64,000 bases of DNA from Oopsacas minuta. Taxonomy: Eukaryota; Animalia; Porifera. The stretch covers positions 113,228 to 177,227 of the forward strand of contig JAKMXF010000349.1 of assembly GCA_024704765.1 (NCBI GenBank), read 5' to 3'. Both the position numbers and the translations under genes were made by a program. Below are positions 38,888 through 51,580 of this stretch, piece by piece; the first letter of the stretch is position 1; the number at the start of each line of letters is the position of its first letter. Below the pieces are notes generated by a model. The model did not search any database and was not told the origin of the DNA. It was given only the letters and a program-made list of their open reading frames with translations.

Positions 38888-40439
38888 GACTATACTATTA
38901 CTATGATCCTCATCTGAAACACATCACAATCCGTCAGTTTCAGAGTTGCTATCATTGGTGCATTAGGATGTTTACATGTCGTTTAGGGAAAACGATTTGG
39001 ATATTTATAGAATTTATGCAATCTGAAATTCATTTATAATACCAAATGACAAATACAATTTCTCCAACAAATTGAAATGAGGAAGAGATAGACAAGGTAT
39101 TTACTTAAGATAATTGTAATAGGTGCAATGAGATATGTCATATTTACTAAGTAAAAAAATGGGTCAGGCGTGAACACGTGTCAGGTCATTGTATTATACC
39201 TTCGCATAACCAGGTTATATTGAACATCACAACTAATATACAAGAGCCTAAGAACTTCTGAACAATCGTGAAATGCGTTATCTGACTTATCTTGGATATT
39301 ATCTTGAACTTGATGGATCTGATCTCGAGCATTTGCTATACAATCATCATTGACTCTGAATCGCTCTTTGGCTTATCAGAAGATGATAAAGGCAATCTCA
39401 TCTAGGAAAAATTATACACATCACTTATTGTTCACCATATGGACAAGAGCAATAGACTTCACATCATCCTATTTCTTGCGATAATCTAGATATATCTCTA
39501 AGAGTCACGAAAATACCACATTTTGACGAGGGGGTCTTAAATATTGACAAGGTGAAACATATTACGAAAATAAAAATTCTAAACGTGTCTACACTTCCCC
39601 TTATACACATATCAATGGTTGTCCCCACTTCCCACAGACCGTACCTATATGGGGCAAAGGTAGGGATTTGATACGAGGATTGTTCGAATTTCCCACTCCG
39701 GGCCAATTGGAATATAAATTCCCATGTCTTAAGTGATGTATTCTTGTAGCTAACCACGGACATAAAATTTATACTTGTGCAATAATAGCCTCCAAAATTC
39801 TATACTAGCCATTTCGGACAACTATAGATAGGTCCACAATAGTTGAGACAAAATAATGTAAATATCGTGGGAAAATAATGATTTTGACACTACATGCCAT
39901 TGTATAAAAAAGCTTTGCAATTCTTATTTTGGAGCGTTAAAATTTAACTTGGTAAAACAGAACTATTCACATCTTATTGACATATTTTGCATCAAAATAT
40001 TGACAAACGGATGGTGACATTATGCACCTGAAAGAAATAACTTAAAAAGAAGATATTAGGCGGGGGCGATCACGTAAAACTGCGTTACAAGATCGTATAG
40101 AGGGTTGACATGTGTTTAACCAGACTCAGCTCGCCTGGCCGCCTCAAAATAGTTTCCATACTAAAGGGGTAAAAACATCTTTGAGATTGGAATGTTGTCA
40201 CATTCCTGAATTGCTAAGGTAAAATGGGAAATTGATGTTGAATACAAATCTGGTGGTTAAAAGTTGATCCGATGTGATAGGAAGAGTTTCCAGCTTGAGT
40301 GATGTCTGGGGTATTAGATTACAACAGCTATTGAAGAATGCCAGAAATCGATGATTCCAAATGTTGAATTATGTTGAACTTAGCTTGAAATGGATTAAGA
40401 ATGCAAATGAAGGTTTTGAAACCACTACTCTGTCCGGGA

Positions 40440-41004
40440 TTGACTGAAGAAACTGGAAGACCCAAGGGCTGTTTTGGGCATAGGTGTATATTGGGCCTGG
40501 CTCGGAAATGTTCAAGTTTTTGACGAATATGCACACCTAGGACAAAATTATGTCATGATTGTTGCCTTTTTGGATTTTCAAAATCACATTACAAACCACT
40601 GCTCAGCCAATATAGATGGTTGAAATTTGAAAATTAAATCACAGGTACACCTCAATGTAAAAAATGTTCTGATGTCGTGATTTTGTCCAGATGTAAACTC
40701 ATCATGGGTTATTACGTCATCATGACTTTTCAAAAAATAAAAATTCGAGAAAATTACGAATTTCTTAATACGTAAAGCATAAAGACCTAGATTACTAACC
40801 AGAAGGCAATTACATGAAATTTTGATGGATCATGGATAATAATAAATAAATTTTCGACAAAATAATTTCCAAGAGGCACATAGTGCTGAGTATAAATTCC
40901 GGTCAAGTAGCGTCCCAAACAGTCAAGAAATTTTGACATTAATACGCAAGCTAACCTGTAGCCCTAAGCTGTCGTGCAGCGACCTAGCATGCGAAGCGCG
41001 GTAG
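40440..41004 (+). repeat. Helitron-like non-autonomous repeat (5' limit approximate)
   Basis: Homologous to 42650..43235 and to the flanks of Transib copy 1. 3' end GTCG(T)GCAGCGAC hairpin, then CTAGCATGCGAAGCGCGGTAG followed by T. Helitron assignment is inferred from end structure only. Confidence 0.55.
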
Positions 41005-41586
41005 TTTCAATAATCCTAACGAAATAAATTGCAATTTGAAACATTGTGTGCAGATTAGTCAAGATGTAATGTAGTATACTTTGAGTCCCTTAGATCAGCA
41101 TGACTCAAGTTCAGATACATAAATATGGTTTAACAAAATTGTGAATTAAATTAGTAAGCTCAAGACCTGATTCTCCCTTTGAACCTGATCATGCTTTAAC
41201 ATAATTACTCAAGGATTACATGGAAATAATTATGACGAATAATTGTAAGTGTCTCAAATTTGTCAGTTCACGAATTTAAATGTTACGAACGGTAAATAGG
41301 GTGTATCCCAGTTTTATCGCCACTCCTTGTAGTCGTTGTAGGAGTTTAATGGGAATAAATTGCTAGATAGAGCTAATACAAAACAGAGGCGTGAGCCCCA
41401 AGATCGTTTAAATTGTCAAAAGGTTCTGCACCCTGACAATATGTATAGTCTACGAAGAAGAAAAGATTTAGAATGTAGTTTTAGGCATATGGCCTTCAAA
41501 ACCAGGATGAAACTCTGATGAGTTTCGCGAAAGAAAGATTAAGTATAAATGTATAATGTATTTTAAAGACTTAGTTTGAGGTTTTT

Positions 41587-41890
41587 GATCCGGTTGTAGA
41601 TGCTAAGTTGATCAGAAAGAACTTCAGTTTGAATTTCCTAGGACTTATACATTCTGAATATTTGCACACATCTAACTCGTATGAATGGAGATAACTCAAA
41701 TTCTATAAAATGGAATCATTATGCATTGTGTCAGACTATCCCCGCTGCCTATCTGACAGAATAAGCAGGGATACCAGTTGATAAAATTCGGATTATCGCC
41801 ATACAACATGAGTTAGATTTGTGCAATTATGTAAAGTTACCAGATAATTCAAACTGAAATTCTTTCAGATCAACTTTGCATTACCGGATC
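41587..41890. repeat. Imperfect inverted repeat (~95-bp arms), MITE-like
   Basis: GATCCGG..AAGTTGATCAGAAAGAACTTCAGTTTGAATT..TTGCACACATCTAACTC recurs as the reverse complement ending ..CTTTCAGATCAACTTTGCATTACCGGATC at 41890. Confidence 0.7.
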
Positions 41891-42649
41891 TATTACCTCG
41901 ATCTAACTCTTAAAATAAATTTATACATCTCTATTTCATATTTCTCTCAAATACAAACGGTAATCTTTGTGTTGGCCAGAAAAATATGAAAATAGCAAGG
42001 AAATTGAAAGACCGGGGCTGATACTGTAAAATCGAGTTAAAAGATATTTTACAGAGCATATATGTACAATTGACACTAAATAGGCTCAATTTGTAGGGAG
42101 GGGTCGAACAAGGGTAACTCGATAGGGTTTGGATAAGATGAGGTGATGGAATGTTGAAACATTCCTGAGACCTTATGTTGGATATTATTCCCAGCTAATA
42201 TGCTTATGGGATCCCTTAAACGATGGTGAAATTTACCCTAATTACGATAATAAATATAATAATTTTAAGCCACTACGCTAGTGAAAATAATAAACTCCGG
42301 GAATCAAATTTAGAGCAATTTGGTAGCAATTGGATTTAGTTTGTAGCAGCAAAGTACTTGTAGAATTACACCATCCTAAAAATCTAATCCATACTATTAA
42401 AACACAATTAATCTTAATGGATGTAAATGTATATTTACATATAACGTATTACATTGAATAATATCCCACTTGCATATTCGGGGCCCTGAAGGATCCAACC
42501 AATATTACAGCCTACTCGGAATATCCATTCTCCTGTATATTGATATATAAAATAATAACACATGATATATACTCATAGATATGATAAACTTTATGTGCTA
42601 CAAATTTCAATAATACGAGGGCTTGAAACTAACAGTCGCATTATAAATG

Positions 42650-43235
42650 TATATGTTTGTGTTCGGAATAGATTGAAGAAACTGGAAGGCCCCAGGGCTG
42701 ATTTTTAGCATACAAGGGTCTTTTGGACCAGGCTCGCACAGGCTTGAGGCTCGGAACAAATAAGAGGGAAATGTGACGTAATTGTCACATTTTGGATTTT
42801 CTTAAAACCACATTCTCAACCATTGTTGAGCCAATATACATGATAGAAGTTTGAAAACTAAATCACAGAAGCCCCTCAATAAACTAAATGTTCTGAAGTT
42901 ATGGTATTGACAAACTGCTAGCTCATAATGAAATATCCGTGATCATAAAATTATTTGAGAATTTCATGATACTTAAGGAACGAGAAGTGCATAGATAAGT
43001 TACCGTAAGCCACGTAGCAGCTCCAGTCGTAACTCTAACAGGCCATTAAATGTTATTTGGATGGACCATAGATAATACAATCTCGAATTTTTAGCTATAA
43101 TTTATTTGAGGCACGTCGTTCCAAGCATATCTGTTCGTGTAGGACCTGATAGTACTAAGAATTTTAGCTATTACATACTTAAGCAAAATCAGAGGCTCAA
43201 TCTGTCGCGCAGTGACCTAGTAAGCGAAGCACTAG
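42650..43235 (+). repeat. Helitron-like non-autonomous repeat, second copy (5' limit approximate)
   Basis: Shares TTGAAGAAACTGGAAG..CCAGGGCTG..TTTTGGATTTTC with the copy at 40440; 3' end GTCGCGCAGTGAC CTAGTAAGCGAAGCACTAG followed by T. Confidence 0.55.
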
Positions 43236-43316
43236 TGTGTATTCAATATGAAATAATATATATGGAACATAAACTTATACGTTAATATGCATAACATTTC
43301 ATATAGAATGAACTTC

Positions 43317-45725
43317 TCATAGAAAAGTAGCTTCGAGTTTCAAAGTATTCCCTACCACCTTTAACAAAGGCTCTGAACTTCGATGTTTCTTCTGGATACT
43401 CATACATTTCTTTGACTTCAGAATATTACGAGTTGGAGACCAACGAAGCGATTTTTTAACTGCATTATCTTCGAGCTGCATGTTAAAATTGCTATTGGAA
43501 ATTCGTGATTGAGAGCCAACTTTTCTATTAGACACTTCAATCCAGCATTGAGGGGAAAATACCCGAGAATGCTGAAAAATATCAGGCCTTGATAAAGATG
43601 GGGTGGAAGATTTCATTTGCCTGGAAGCATGTTGATATTGCCGGTTGATTAATGATTGAGAATTAAGACTAGGACCTTGGTAACTATCACAAAGTAATTG
43701 AGTAGAAGGCTGAGAAATTTTTAAATAATGATCAGAATCATGAATTCCAACATTATGCCATTCTTTTGACATTTCAAGATGCATTTGATTGATAACGTTT
43801 TCAATATATATTCTTTCTTTGCTATCATCTGCACTCATTACTCCATATGTATCCCGAACTATATCATCTTTATGACCATTTGGATCGGTAAAAGAGTTAC
43901 AATGTACACTTTCTTGTAATTGAAAATTTGGTAAATCCACAATAAGAGAATTTGAACTACTAGAAGATGAAGGACGAGAAATATAAAAACTAGAATTTGT
44001 GTGAGAATTTTGATCATACAAGTGCTCATACTTATCCTGTTGAATAACCCACCTTCCAATAGGATCCCAAGCAAGATTATCTGTCGTTATATAAACATAT
44101 TCATACATAGGGCATGAAGATATTGAAAGAAGTGCAAGATCAGGGGAGATAAGCGAAATTACACGAGCAAGCCTATTACAATGAAGCCTCACAAAATCAC
44201 CAGGACGTATAATCGAAGCTGTTCCTGAAATAGTAACCTTTGAAAGAGTTTCTTCTTTTAAAGCTAAAGTATCAATATTTGAAATATTATGTAGCAATGG
44301 ACAAAGATGATTAGCAGATCTATTATCAGGAGGATCACGAAATTTATTGAAACATTCCTTATTGAAGTATGAATTCGATTGACATCCTAAAACAATATTA
44401 GGTACCGATTTATGTAATAGGAGAGTAGAAATTTCATGATAAGTTGACCATTTATCAAGTGAAGTAAAGGTCAATATACCAAGGATTTCCTTGATAATAA
44501 AAGGATCGCGGGTTGCAACAACTACAAGAGTGCTAACACCCTCATCTTTACCAATAAGTTCAAAAAATTGATGAATTAAGCAAAAAGGTTCTAAAACTTC
44601 ACTAGCTAAAACACATGTGTAATCGTTTTTTTGTCCAGAAATACAATTATCAGTAAAAATATCATACGCGCCTTTATATAGAGCAGAGAATAATTTAGAA
44701 TATACACCCCTTTTGATACCCTTATCTTTCTCCACCATCAAAGATGCGAGAAGAACTGATATAATAAATATTAGAAATTGGGAGGTACAAGTTAAAATGA
44801 GTTGTGCGAAATTTAAGCCATTAAGATTGTCAATGTGCAGTTTGATAAGACAATCAACGATAAGTGACTTAGGAAGTGAGAAAACAAAATATACAATCAA
44901 CATTAGCAAAATCATATTAAAACTTTCTGGAAGCTGAGTACGGATTTCAACCAAAGAATAGATGTTTCGTATAATTGCACCATTATCGGCTATAGACAAT
45001 ATAGGGGTCAATTTGAAACTTTCAATTAGCATTTGATAAATATAGGATATGCGACGATCATCGAGTGCAGAATCCTGGAAAAAATTCAACGGAAACTTTT
45101 TCATAAATTTTTCGGTCCAAGTACCATATAAACCACGCTGCAATACGTTCTTCTTATTAGTTGGAAGAAAAACTTTGTATTTAGAAGATTTCCTACGAAT
45201 GGGATGTTTTCGCATAATAGATTCATCAATGAAAAAAATTTCTACCCGTTTGCGTTCTTCAGTGGTTACAAGAACACTATCAAGAAACCATACTTTAGAA
45301 AAGAGGTCAATAACATGTTTCCTGTAGTGAGGATCAGTATCTAATTGAAAGTTGTTGAAGAGAGATAAACAAAGAATAGTGGTGTGCATAATTTTGCGAA
45401 GCTCTTCCCAACATAGGGCATTACCAGAAAGGTTCAAAGATCCTAGAACAATAAACTGGTCAAGCCCCTCGAGGGATTTAAGGTTATTATTTGAAATATC
45501 CAAGATCCATAAATTCCTAAGGGTATTCATTGTAGAATAATGAAATTCCTGAATCATATTCCTTTGGACAAAAAGGATTTCAACATTTGGAGAATAAATT
45601 GATAATCGATCGATCGAATGAAGTCCAAGATCAGGTAAACAAAGAAAACGAACAGTATTCAAATCCAAGTGATCACTATGAGTTTCCAATAGTTGCTTTG
45701 TTATTCCCTTAAATCCTGAACCCAT
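43317..45725 (-). CDS. Leucine-rich-repeat protein (N-terminal SDS22-like LRRs plus LRRcap; Ser-rich C-terminus), 802 aa, single ORF
   Basis: Uninterrupted 2.4-kb ORF in AT-rich DNA. LWILDISNNNLKSLEGL and LGSLNLSGNAL repeats, followed by the cap motif YRKHVIDLFSKVWFLD. No specific orthologue recognised. Confidence 0.88.
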   Translation of the reverse strand: MGSGFKGITKQLLETHSDHLDLNTVRFLCLPDLGLHSIDRLSIYSPNVEILFVQRNMIQEFHYSTMNTLRNLWILDISNNNLKSLEGLDQFIVLGSLNLSGNALCWEELRKIMHTTILCLSLFNNFQLDTDPHYRKHVIDLFSKVWFLDSVLVTTEERKRVEIFFIDESIMRKHPIRRKSSKYKVFLPTNKKNVLQRGLYGTWTEKFMKKFPLNFFQDSALDDRRISYIYQMLIESFKLTPILSIADNGAIIRNIYSLVEIRTQLPESFNMILLMLIVYFVFSLPKSLIVDCLIKLHIDNLNGLNFAQLILTCTSQFLIFIISVLLASLMVEKDKGIKRGVYSKLFSALYKGAYDIFTDNCISGQKNDYTCVLASEVLEPFCLIHQFFELIGKDEGVSTLVVVATRDPFIIKEILGILTFTSLDKWSTYHEISTLLLHKSVPNIVLGCQSNSYFNKECFNKFRDPPDNRSANHLCPLLHNISNIDTLALKEETLSKVTISGTASIIRPGDFVRLHCNRLARVISLISPDLALLSISSCPMYEYVYITTDNLAWDPIGRWVIQQDKYEHLYDQNSHTNSSFYISRPSSSSSSNSLIVDLPNFQLQESVHCNSFTDPNGHKDDIVRDTYGVMSADDSKERIYIENVINQMHLEMSKEWHNVGIHDSDHYLKISQPSTQLLCDSYQGPSLNSQSLINRQYQHASRQMKSSTPSLSRPDIFQHSRVFSPQCWIEVSNRKVGSQSRISNSNFNMQLEDNAVKKSLRWSPTRNILKSKKCMSIQKKHRSSEPLLKVVGNTLKLEATFL

Positions 45726-46107
45726 TAATTATGAAAATATGGAAACAACGACAATTTGCAAAATTGATGAAGTATCACTTCATATATATAAAGTCTGAAC
45801 TAGCCAGATATAAAGAAAGCTAATCGCTACAGGAAATCAACAAGAAATTACACAACAATAATGATGGTTTGCATACAACAAACGAATGGATTTCGAGGTA
45901 TATAGTTGACTAACAGGGATGCACATCCAACCGATTAATGATCCGTTAACACCAGAATGCTTCATGATTATAATCCATTTTTGATGTCCTATCTCAGACA
46001 ATTATGACGCAATCTTGAGAATAACTATATATGATAAAATTGACGATTGGATCATGATGGCCTGAGATATAATATCAATATGTATTATCAGGAAATGAAA
46101 TTGGGTA

Positions 46108-46283
46108 CAGTGGGTCCTCTCTAATTGTCAAGTTTTCTAGTTGTCCGGAATCACTAATTGTCCACTTGTTCATGCATAAATCTCATAATCCTTATTCACT
46201 TCTATTTTTAATTATCCAGAGTTATCTAACTGTCCACTTCGAACCCTTTAGCCCACAAATGGACAATTAGAGAGGATCTTCTG
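46108..46283. mobile_element. Tc/pogo-type MITE (176 bp)
   Basis: TIR CAGTGGGTCCTCTCTAATTGTC / GACAATTAGAGAGGATCTTCTG flanked by TA. Confidence 0.8.
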
Positions 46284-47099
46284 TATATAGAAGCTGTTTG
46301 CATGATGATTTGACTATATCAACTAATGTTGTCAAGTTATAGGTAAATATTGACCAAGTAATACTATCCAGAGTCACTACATTAACTCTAGAACGTGCCA
46401 ACTCTTCAATTTTTGTATATATTTGATAACACATCCTTAAAACACAATGTGTGTATATTGAAGTTTTAATGCTATAAATATTTCATTAGGGCATACAGTT
46501 CATTCAAGTTGGATCATTTTTACTGTGCCGACAATACTAGCATAGTTGTCCAGTAATGAAATGGTCCCTTATATTATATTTTCTTTAGACGTAGACGGTG
46601 CACTGCCAAAGCCATAATAGATTAAGAGCTGATACTTCAGAATTCATGGACAATTATTATCTAACATACTGTGCCAGTTTTGTGCCACTATATAATTAAT
46701 CCCGTAGGAATTGTTATACGTTTTTTGGATGATAGAATACTATGAGCAAATCCAAGTAGAAAGGTATAAACACTACACGATAATTTTGATATGATCCAAC
46801 TAACTTAGTACACAATCGATAGACTATGAAAAACTAATTATCGACTCAATAGACACAATTTATTTCTATTAATTGTTTTTCCCATATCTCAAACAAATTC
46901 TGAAGATGCTGTTTTCCTTGTAATTTTGATTTGAGGTTATTCAAATAGAGTAACATCAACAAAAATGCCAAGTTGCACAACCATAAGGGATCCTTAAGAA
47001 GAAAAACTGGTTTTCCCTTTTACTTAAAATACTATACTTACTCTCTAAGTTCATAAAAGCGTCGAGCATCCCACTCCTACTTACCTATCTCACTTCCGT

Positions 47100-48140
47100 A
47101 TAGTTAAGACTATCTCCGTACTAAGAGTTCATTTCTCATAAAGTTTTCGAAATTGTCAATGATTGAGTCCTCGAGCATTAATGAAGATAACAGTTTTCAC
47201 TACTATTTACAGACAACTCTGCATTCTAATGACTTTGAACATAGGTTTACCTGGTGGATTATCCAATTCACTTTGACTAATTTCACAGTGCTACACCCTG
47301 AATCGATCATTTCTTTCTCCAGACAACAAACTAAACCCTTTCCCTACACAATCATTGATGGTGCACCATCTGTCATTACCTCACATAAATTAATTATTCA
47401 ACTTAAGTCCGATAGCATCAATTCCATTCATCACCGCTTATATATATATCAGCTCCAGTTGCTATCGTAAGCTGTGTCAGTTTAATTCTTCTGTAGGCTA
47501 TAACTTTGAATAGATTCCTCTTACAAAATCAGCAAGTTGAGGTGTATCAGTTGCAACTGTGCTCTAATAGAAAGAGAATAGTACTCGAACTCACTAGCAC
47601 GTTTTCTAAAGTAAGTTTCAAGATGATGATACAATCTTGTGAGAGTAGAGCGAAACGGAGATGTCTTAAAACACCAAGTGCAACTAATTGGAAAGAGTTT
47701 GTTGTGGACGCCCTTGCAGAAAATCTAACTGTTTCTATTAGTCCTTAAACTAGAATTGTATCGAAGGCGACAAATTTTCTCCAGCAATAATGCATTTTAG
47801 AGGCTCTTTGTGTGATTTTTCTATTGGACGTACTCAACTCAAAAGTCATTTGGTTAAGCGTAGGAAAGAATCAAATACCAAGTTGCTATCTAAATTTGAT
47901 TCTGATAAACTACGTGCTGATATTGGCTTAGCTGGAATTCTCGATTATTGGCCTATACTGCACACGAATATGATTCCTTATATTGTGCTGTCGTTGTTTG
48001 CGGTTTGGATGAGCATTTTACTGTTTAAAGTTTCCTATAAAGTTAGAAAATTTTGGAAAACAGAAGAAAGACGCTGTCATGCATTCAAATTTGTGCTAAA
48101 TTCCGTTTTAGACGACAAAAACGAATTCTTAATTCATTTT
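47100..48140 (-). pseudogene. Degenerate hAT transposase, GTF2IRD2/SPIN-like type (approximate limits)
   Basis: Minus strand reads VMTDGAPSMI..GKG..NWIIHQVNLCSKSL..VKTVIFINARGLNH, matching the TDGAPSM / HCIIHQE.LC / VNFIRARGLNHRQF pattern of this family. Confidence 0.75.
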
Positions 48141-48712
48141 TAAATTTACAGATAATGAGGCGAAGATGAAAGCTGCCTTTGATTTCCGATTCTGTGATGC
48201 AGACTAAGTTTGCAGGGCGTGTTGGATCGTAGAATGCTTACCAAAACAGATCTCAAATCTACTCGAGCTTCCTTGTCAAAGACTACACTGATACAAGATA
48301 GAAACTTTCTTTTGTAAATCCCTGGATCCCTGGATCATAGGCCAAATTCCGGGTAACCCAAGGATCTGTGAAGTGTCGGAAAGTATACACCGATCGCTTA
48401 GTAGTTATTTTTGCAGAACATAGTAGTCACTTTATAGAACATACAATATAGCATTTTCTCACTGTTTTCTACTTTTCGAAAAATTGACAGCATTGTTCTG
48501 AAGAAGTGATAATAATTATGATTGCTTGCTATTTTGTAATTTTGCGTTCCTGTTCAGCACTCTCAATAATGTATACGTGACTATGCAATGATGTTAGTAG
48601 GCATATTGTTATGGTAATGTATAGTGACTAGAATCAGTACAAATTCTTTTGATGACTAATACAAATTCGCATTCAGCAAGCACGATCAGGCATAGCATTC
48701 TATACATTAAGG

Positions 48713-49106
48713 CAGGGGTCTCGAGCTTTTACGTCGCGACACCAATTTCTAACATTTTTGGTACCTAGTTATATTGTGACCCTATAAGCTAAAAATGGTT
48801 TGTATTCATGAAAATATAATTTACGAATTTCGAAAACAAGGTAAACACAATTCATACAATGTTGAATACTTTATCAAGAAAAAATGAAAATGAATAAATA
48901 ACGTGTTTTGTGGGAAGCGGTTTCTACCCCCTCTTAAGTTTTTGCAAAGGCCAAATAAGTAAAACACATATACGTGTTTTTAGGTTATAACTATCCATAA
49001 GTATTTTCTACCCCATTAATTATGGTTCAATAATATCTTTATGCGCTCTATGAGAATTACGTGGCGACCCCACTTTGGGTCGCGACCCACATTTTGAGAA
49101 CCGCTA
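48713..49106. mobile_element. Old Charlie-like hAT MITE
   Basis: Ends CAGGGGTCTCGAG / TTTTGAGAACCGCTA with subterminal GGGTCGCGACCC; flanks CATTAAGG and CACTGAGG match at 6 of 8 positions. Confidence 0.55.
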
Positions 49107-49849
49107 CACTGAGGGAATCGTGCTCACAAAATTTTGGGCCATGAATAAATATTATATTCAATTGTATACCCTGCGTGGACAAACGTATTCATCGATTGCT
49201 AATATTTTCATACAAATAGTACGAATCTCGTCTATCCTTGACGGCCGAATCATAAATACTGTAAGATTTATAGTTTATTGTCTCATTTGCATTCTAAGTA
49301 TTTGAAACAGCAAGTATTCGGACTTCATATTTAGATACTAAATGAAAATGGTCAAAGTTTTCAACTCATGACAAATTGTGCCACTAAATACAGTTTATAA
49401 CCATTATACATATGGTGATAGGTTTCACTTAGTGACTCAGGGGTTGAAATTTTGAAAGTTATTGATGAGTATTTCATAAAAATCTTAGAAACTTTTATCA
49501 GGATAAGTAGATTGTGAATTTGACACCAGATATCCATTGAAATCTGATCTTTTATTTTATTGAGATCATAAATAGACGGTCTAATGTACTATTCGTAGGA
49601 AATTTTTTGTATATGGATGAATACTTATGTCTAGGTAGGCTATTTATCAATAATTTAGTTATATTTGATTAATTAAGCATATTTAAAATACCCCACTCCC
49701 AAGTTTTCAAAGATATCAAAACATGATTAATCTTGGTAATGACTCAAATATTGCATAAATTTTGCAAAACAATCGACAATTTAATTGAGATAATACTTAT
49801 TACGAAAATTGGATATCTTATCGATCATGATTAACTTGTGCATGAATAT

Positions 49850-50530
49850 TCTGTGTTGAATCGAGTTCAACTTGTGACACATTTTACCAAACTCATCATT
49901 ACATATCTTATTAGAGACGTTAAAGAATCACCCTGAAGGAATATCAGAAGTATGGTCCACATTCCAAGTCAGTTCGCCTGGATTGCCAACCGGATAGTCA
50001 GTATTCTCAAGTACAGCTACATCTTCATTGTGCACTATCTCCCCTACAGCAATTCCATCAAAGTTTAGCTGATCAGGAGCTACGTATTCTAAGATCATAG
50101 CCTCGTCTATAGAAGTCTGCGCTTTGCTCTCAAAACAAGATCTATTTTGTCCAATTACATCAATGTTAGTCTAATAAATAGATTTAAATTCAATGTTATC
50201 AGAGTCAACGTAATCAACCCTCCAAGAAAGGTATAATATTACCTGTTCTCTATAAAGTTAAATTAGTCCTGCATTACGTTATACCTACGAAAACGAATCA
50301 CTTTCGCTTTACGACGAAATCTCATACCTAGAATCCTTGAGTGGAAATAGATTAGGGTTGTCTAAAAGAGGATTAGCCACTTCATCAGAGTTATCCTGGC
50401 CAAATGCAGGATTAATCTTAGTAATTATTCTGAGAAGATTGAAAATCATTCACGGAAGCAGATTTTGCAAAACAAATCCTCTAACCCATCAAGTGTTGTA
50501 TGAAGTGTTCTATCAACCGTATATGTCATA
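49850..50530 (-). pseudogene. Possible fragment of a Helitron/Helentron Rep-helicase, inter-domain region (approximate limits)
   Basis: Across frameshifts the minus strand reads RFRRKAKVIRFRRYNVMQD.FNF.REQVILYLSWRVD..Y..NIDVIGQNR, resembling the RR..K.IR..R.N...D.E.YYREQLML..PWR segment upstream of the PIF1-like domain. Recognised by eye only. Confidence 0.5.
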
Positions 50531-50910
50531 ACCATTTTGTATTTATCTTTGAAATGCTACAACTTTTCAAGTTATATACATAATCTATAGTAATTTGAAC
50601 CACTTCAAGTACATTGTGTCCTGTTCGATTTCTCCCAAATTTTAGCATATCAGATTTATACTATAGAAGAAATGACATAACATTCAAACCCAATATTTGA
50701 AATTTTTTTTACATCATCTTAGTTCAGCCAATATTTGAGTAAAATATTCACCCAATACTTTTTCTTATACTTCAGATTATGTATATAACTTTGGCGAATA
50801 TATATTACATTATAACAAGTAAAGTTCACACAAAATACAATATATTCAATTCTGCCTATTTATGGATTCGTATGTGTGTAGTAATATCCATAGTCCAAAG
50901 AGTTTATATA

Positions 50911-51229
50911 CCGTATGTGTATTCGAATAGTAGCCGGGGCGATTAAGAATTTCAACCCCCGCTTAAGTGGGCGATTATTCGCGTAGGCAATTATTCGAGA
51001 GAGGCAACTTATTATTTCGAGGCCTTTTTTCCCGAAAATATTTTTCAATTTTGAGAAAATAGATATTTCGGAGAATCAAAATATTCCAGCCGATCATTAA
51101 TTGATATGACGCACTATTACAATAACAGTTGGTCGAAGGGGGTGAGGGAAAAGAATTATTCACTACTTTGGGGGCTATTATAAGGGGAGACGATAATTCG
51201 ATAAGGGGCTATTATTCGAATAAATACGG
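50911..51229. mobile_element. Tc/pogo-type MITE with internal GGCGATTATTCG-like repeats
   Basis: Ends CCGTATGTGTATTCGAATAG / TTATTCGAATAAATACGG flanked by TA. Confidence 0.75.
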
Positions 51230-51580
51230 TATTGTACAATGATTATGGAATTGGAATAGGGATTGGCTAATTAATCAAAAGTTTATCTAGAATTGGATGA
51301 TTGAAGAACATAAGATATCTACGGAGCTGAATATACGCATGTAGGTTTAAATAGAAATTAGGTTTTTGAGGAAAGTTGTATTTCTCACACAATTATGACG
51401 TCATTTTCATATCGTGAATTCACGAATTCGTTTATAACTCAGAAACTAACAATATGTAAGTATGAAATCGGATTGCAGATATTTTGTTTCTATTTGATTA
51501 TTGCAAGACAAAAGATCTTGACTACTACTAAAGTATGTATTATTTGCTGGGGCAAAGAATAGAAAGTGAAATAATGAGAA

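Noticed and set aside
45726-46000. RFX X-box or other promoter motif upstream of the LRR gene
   Set aside because: No convincing match to the X-box consensus; no promoter call is supportable here or upstream of DHFR.
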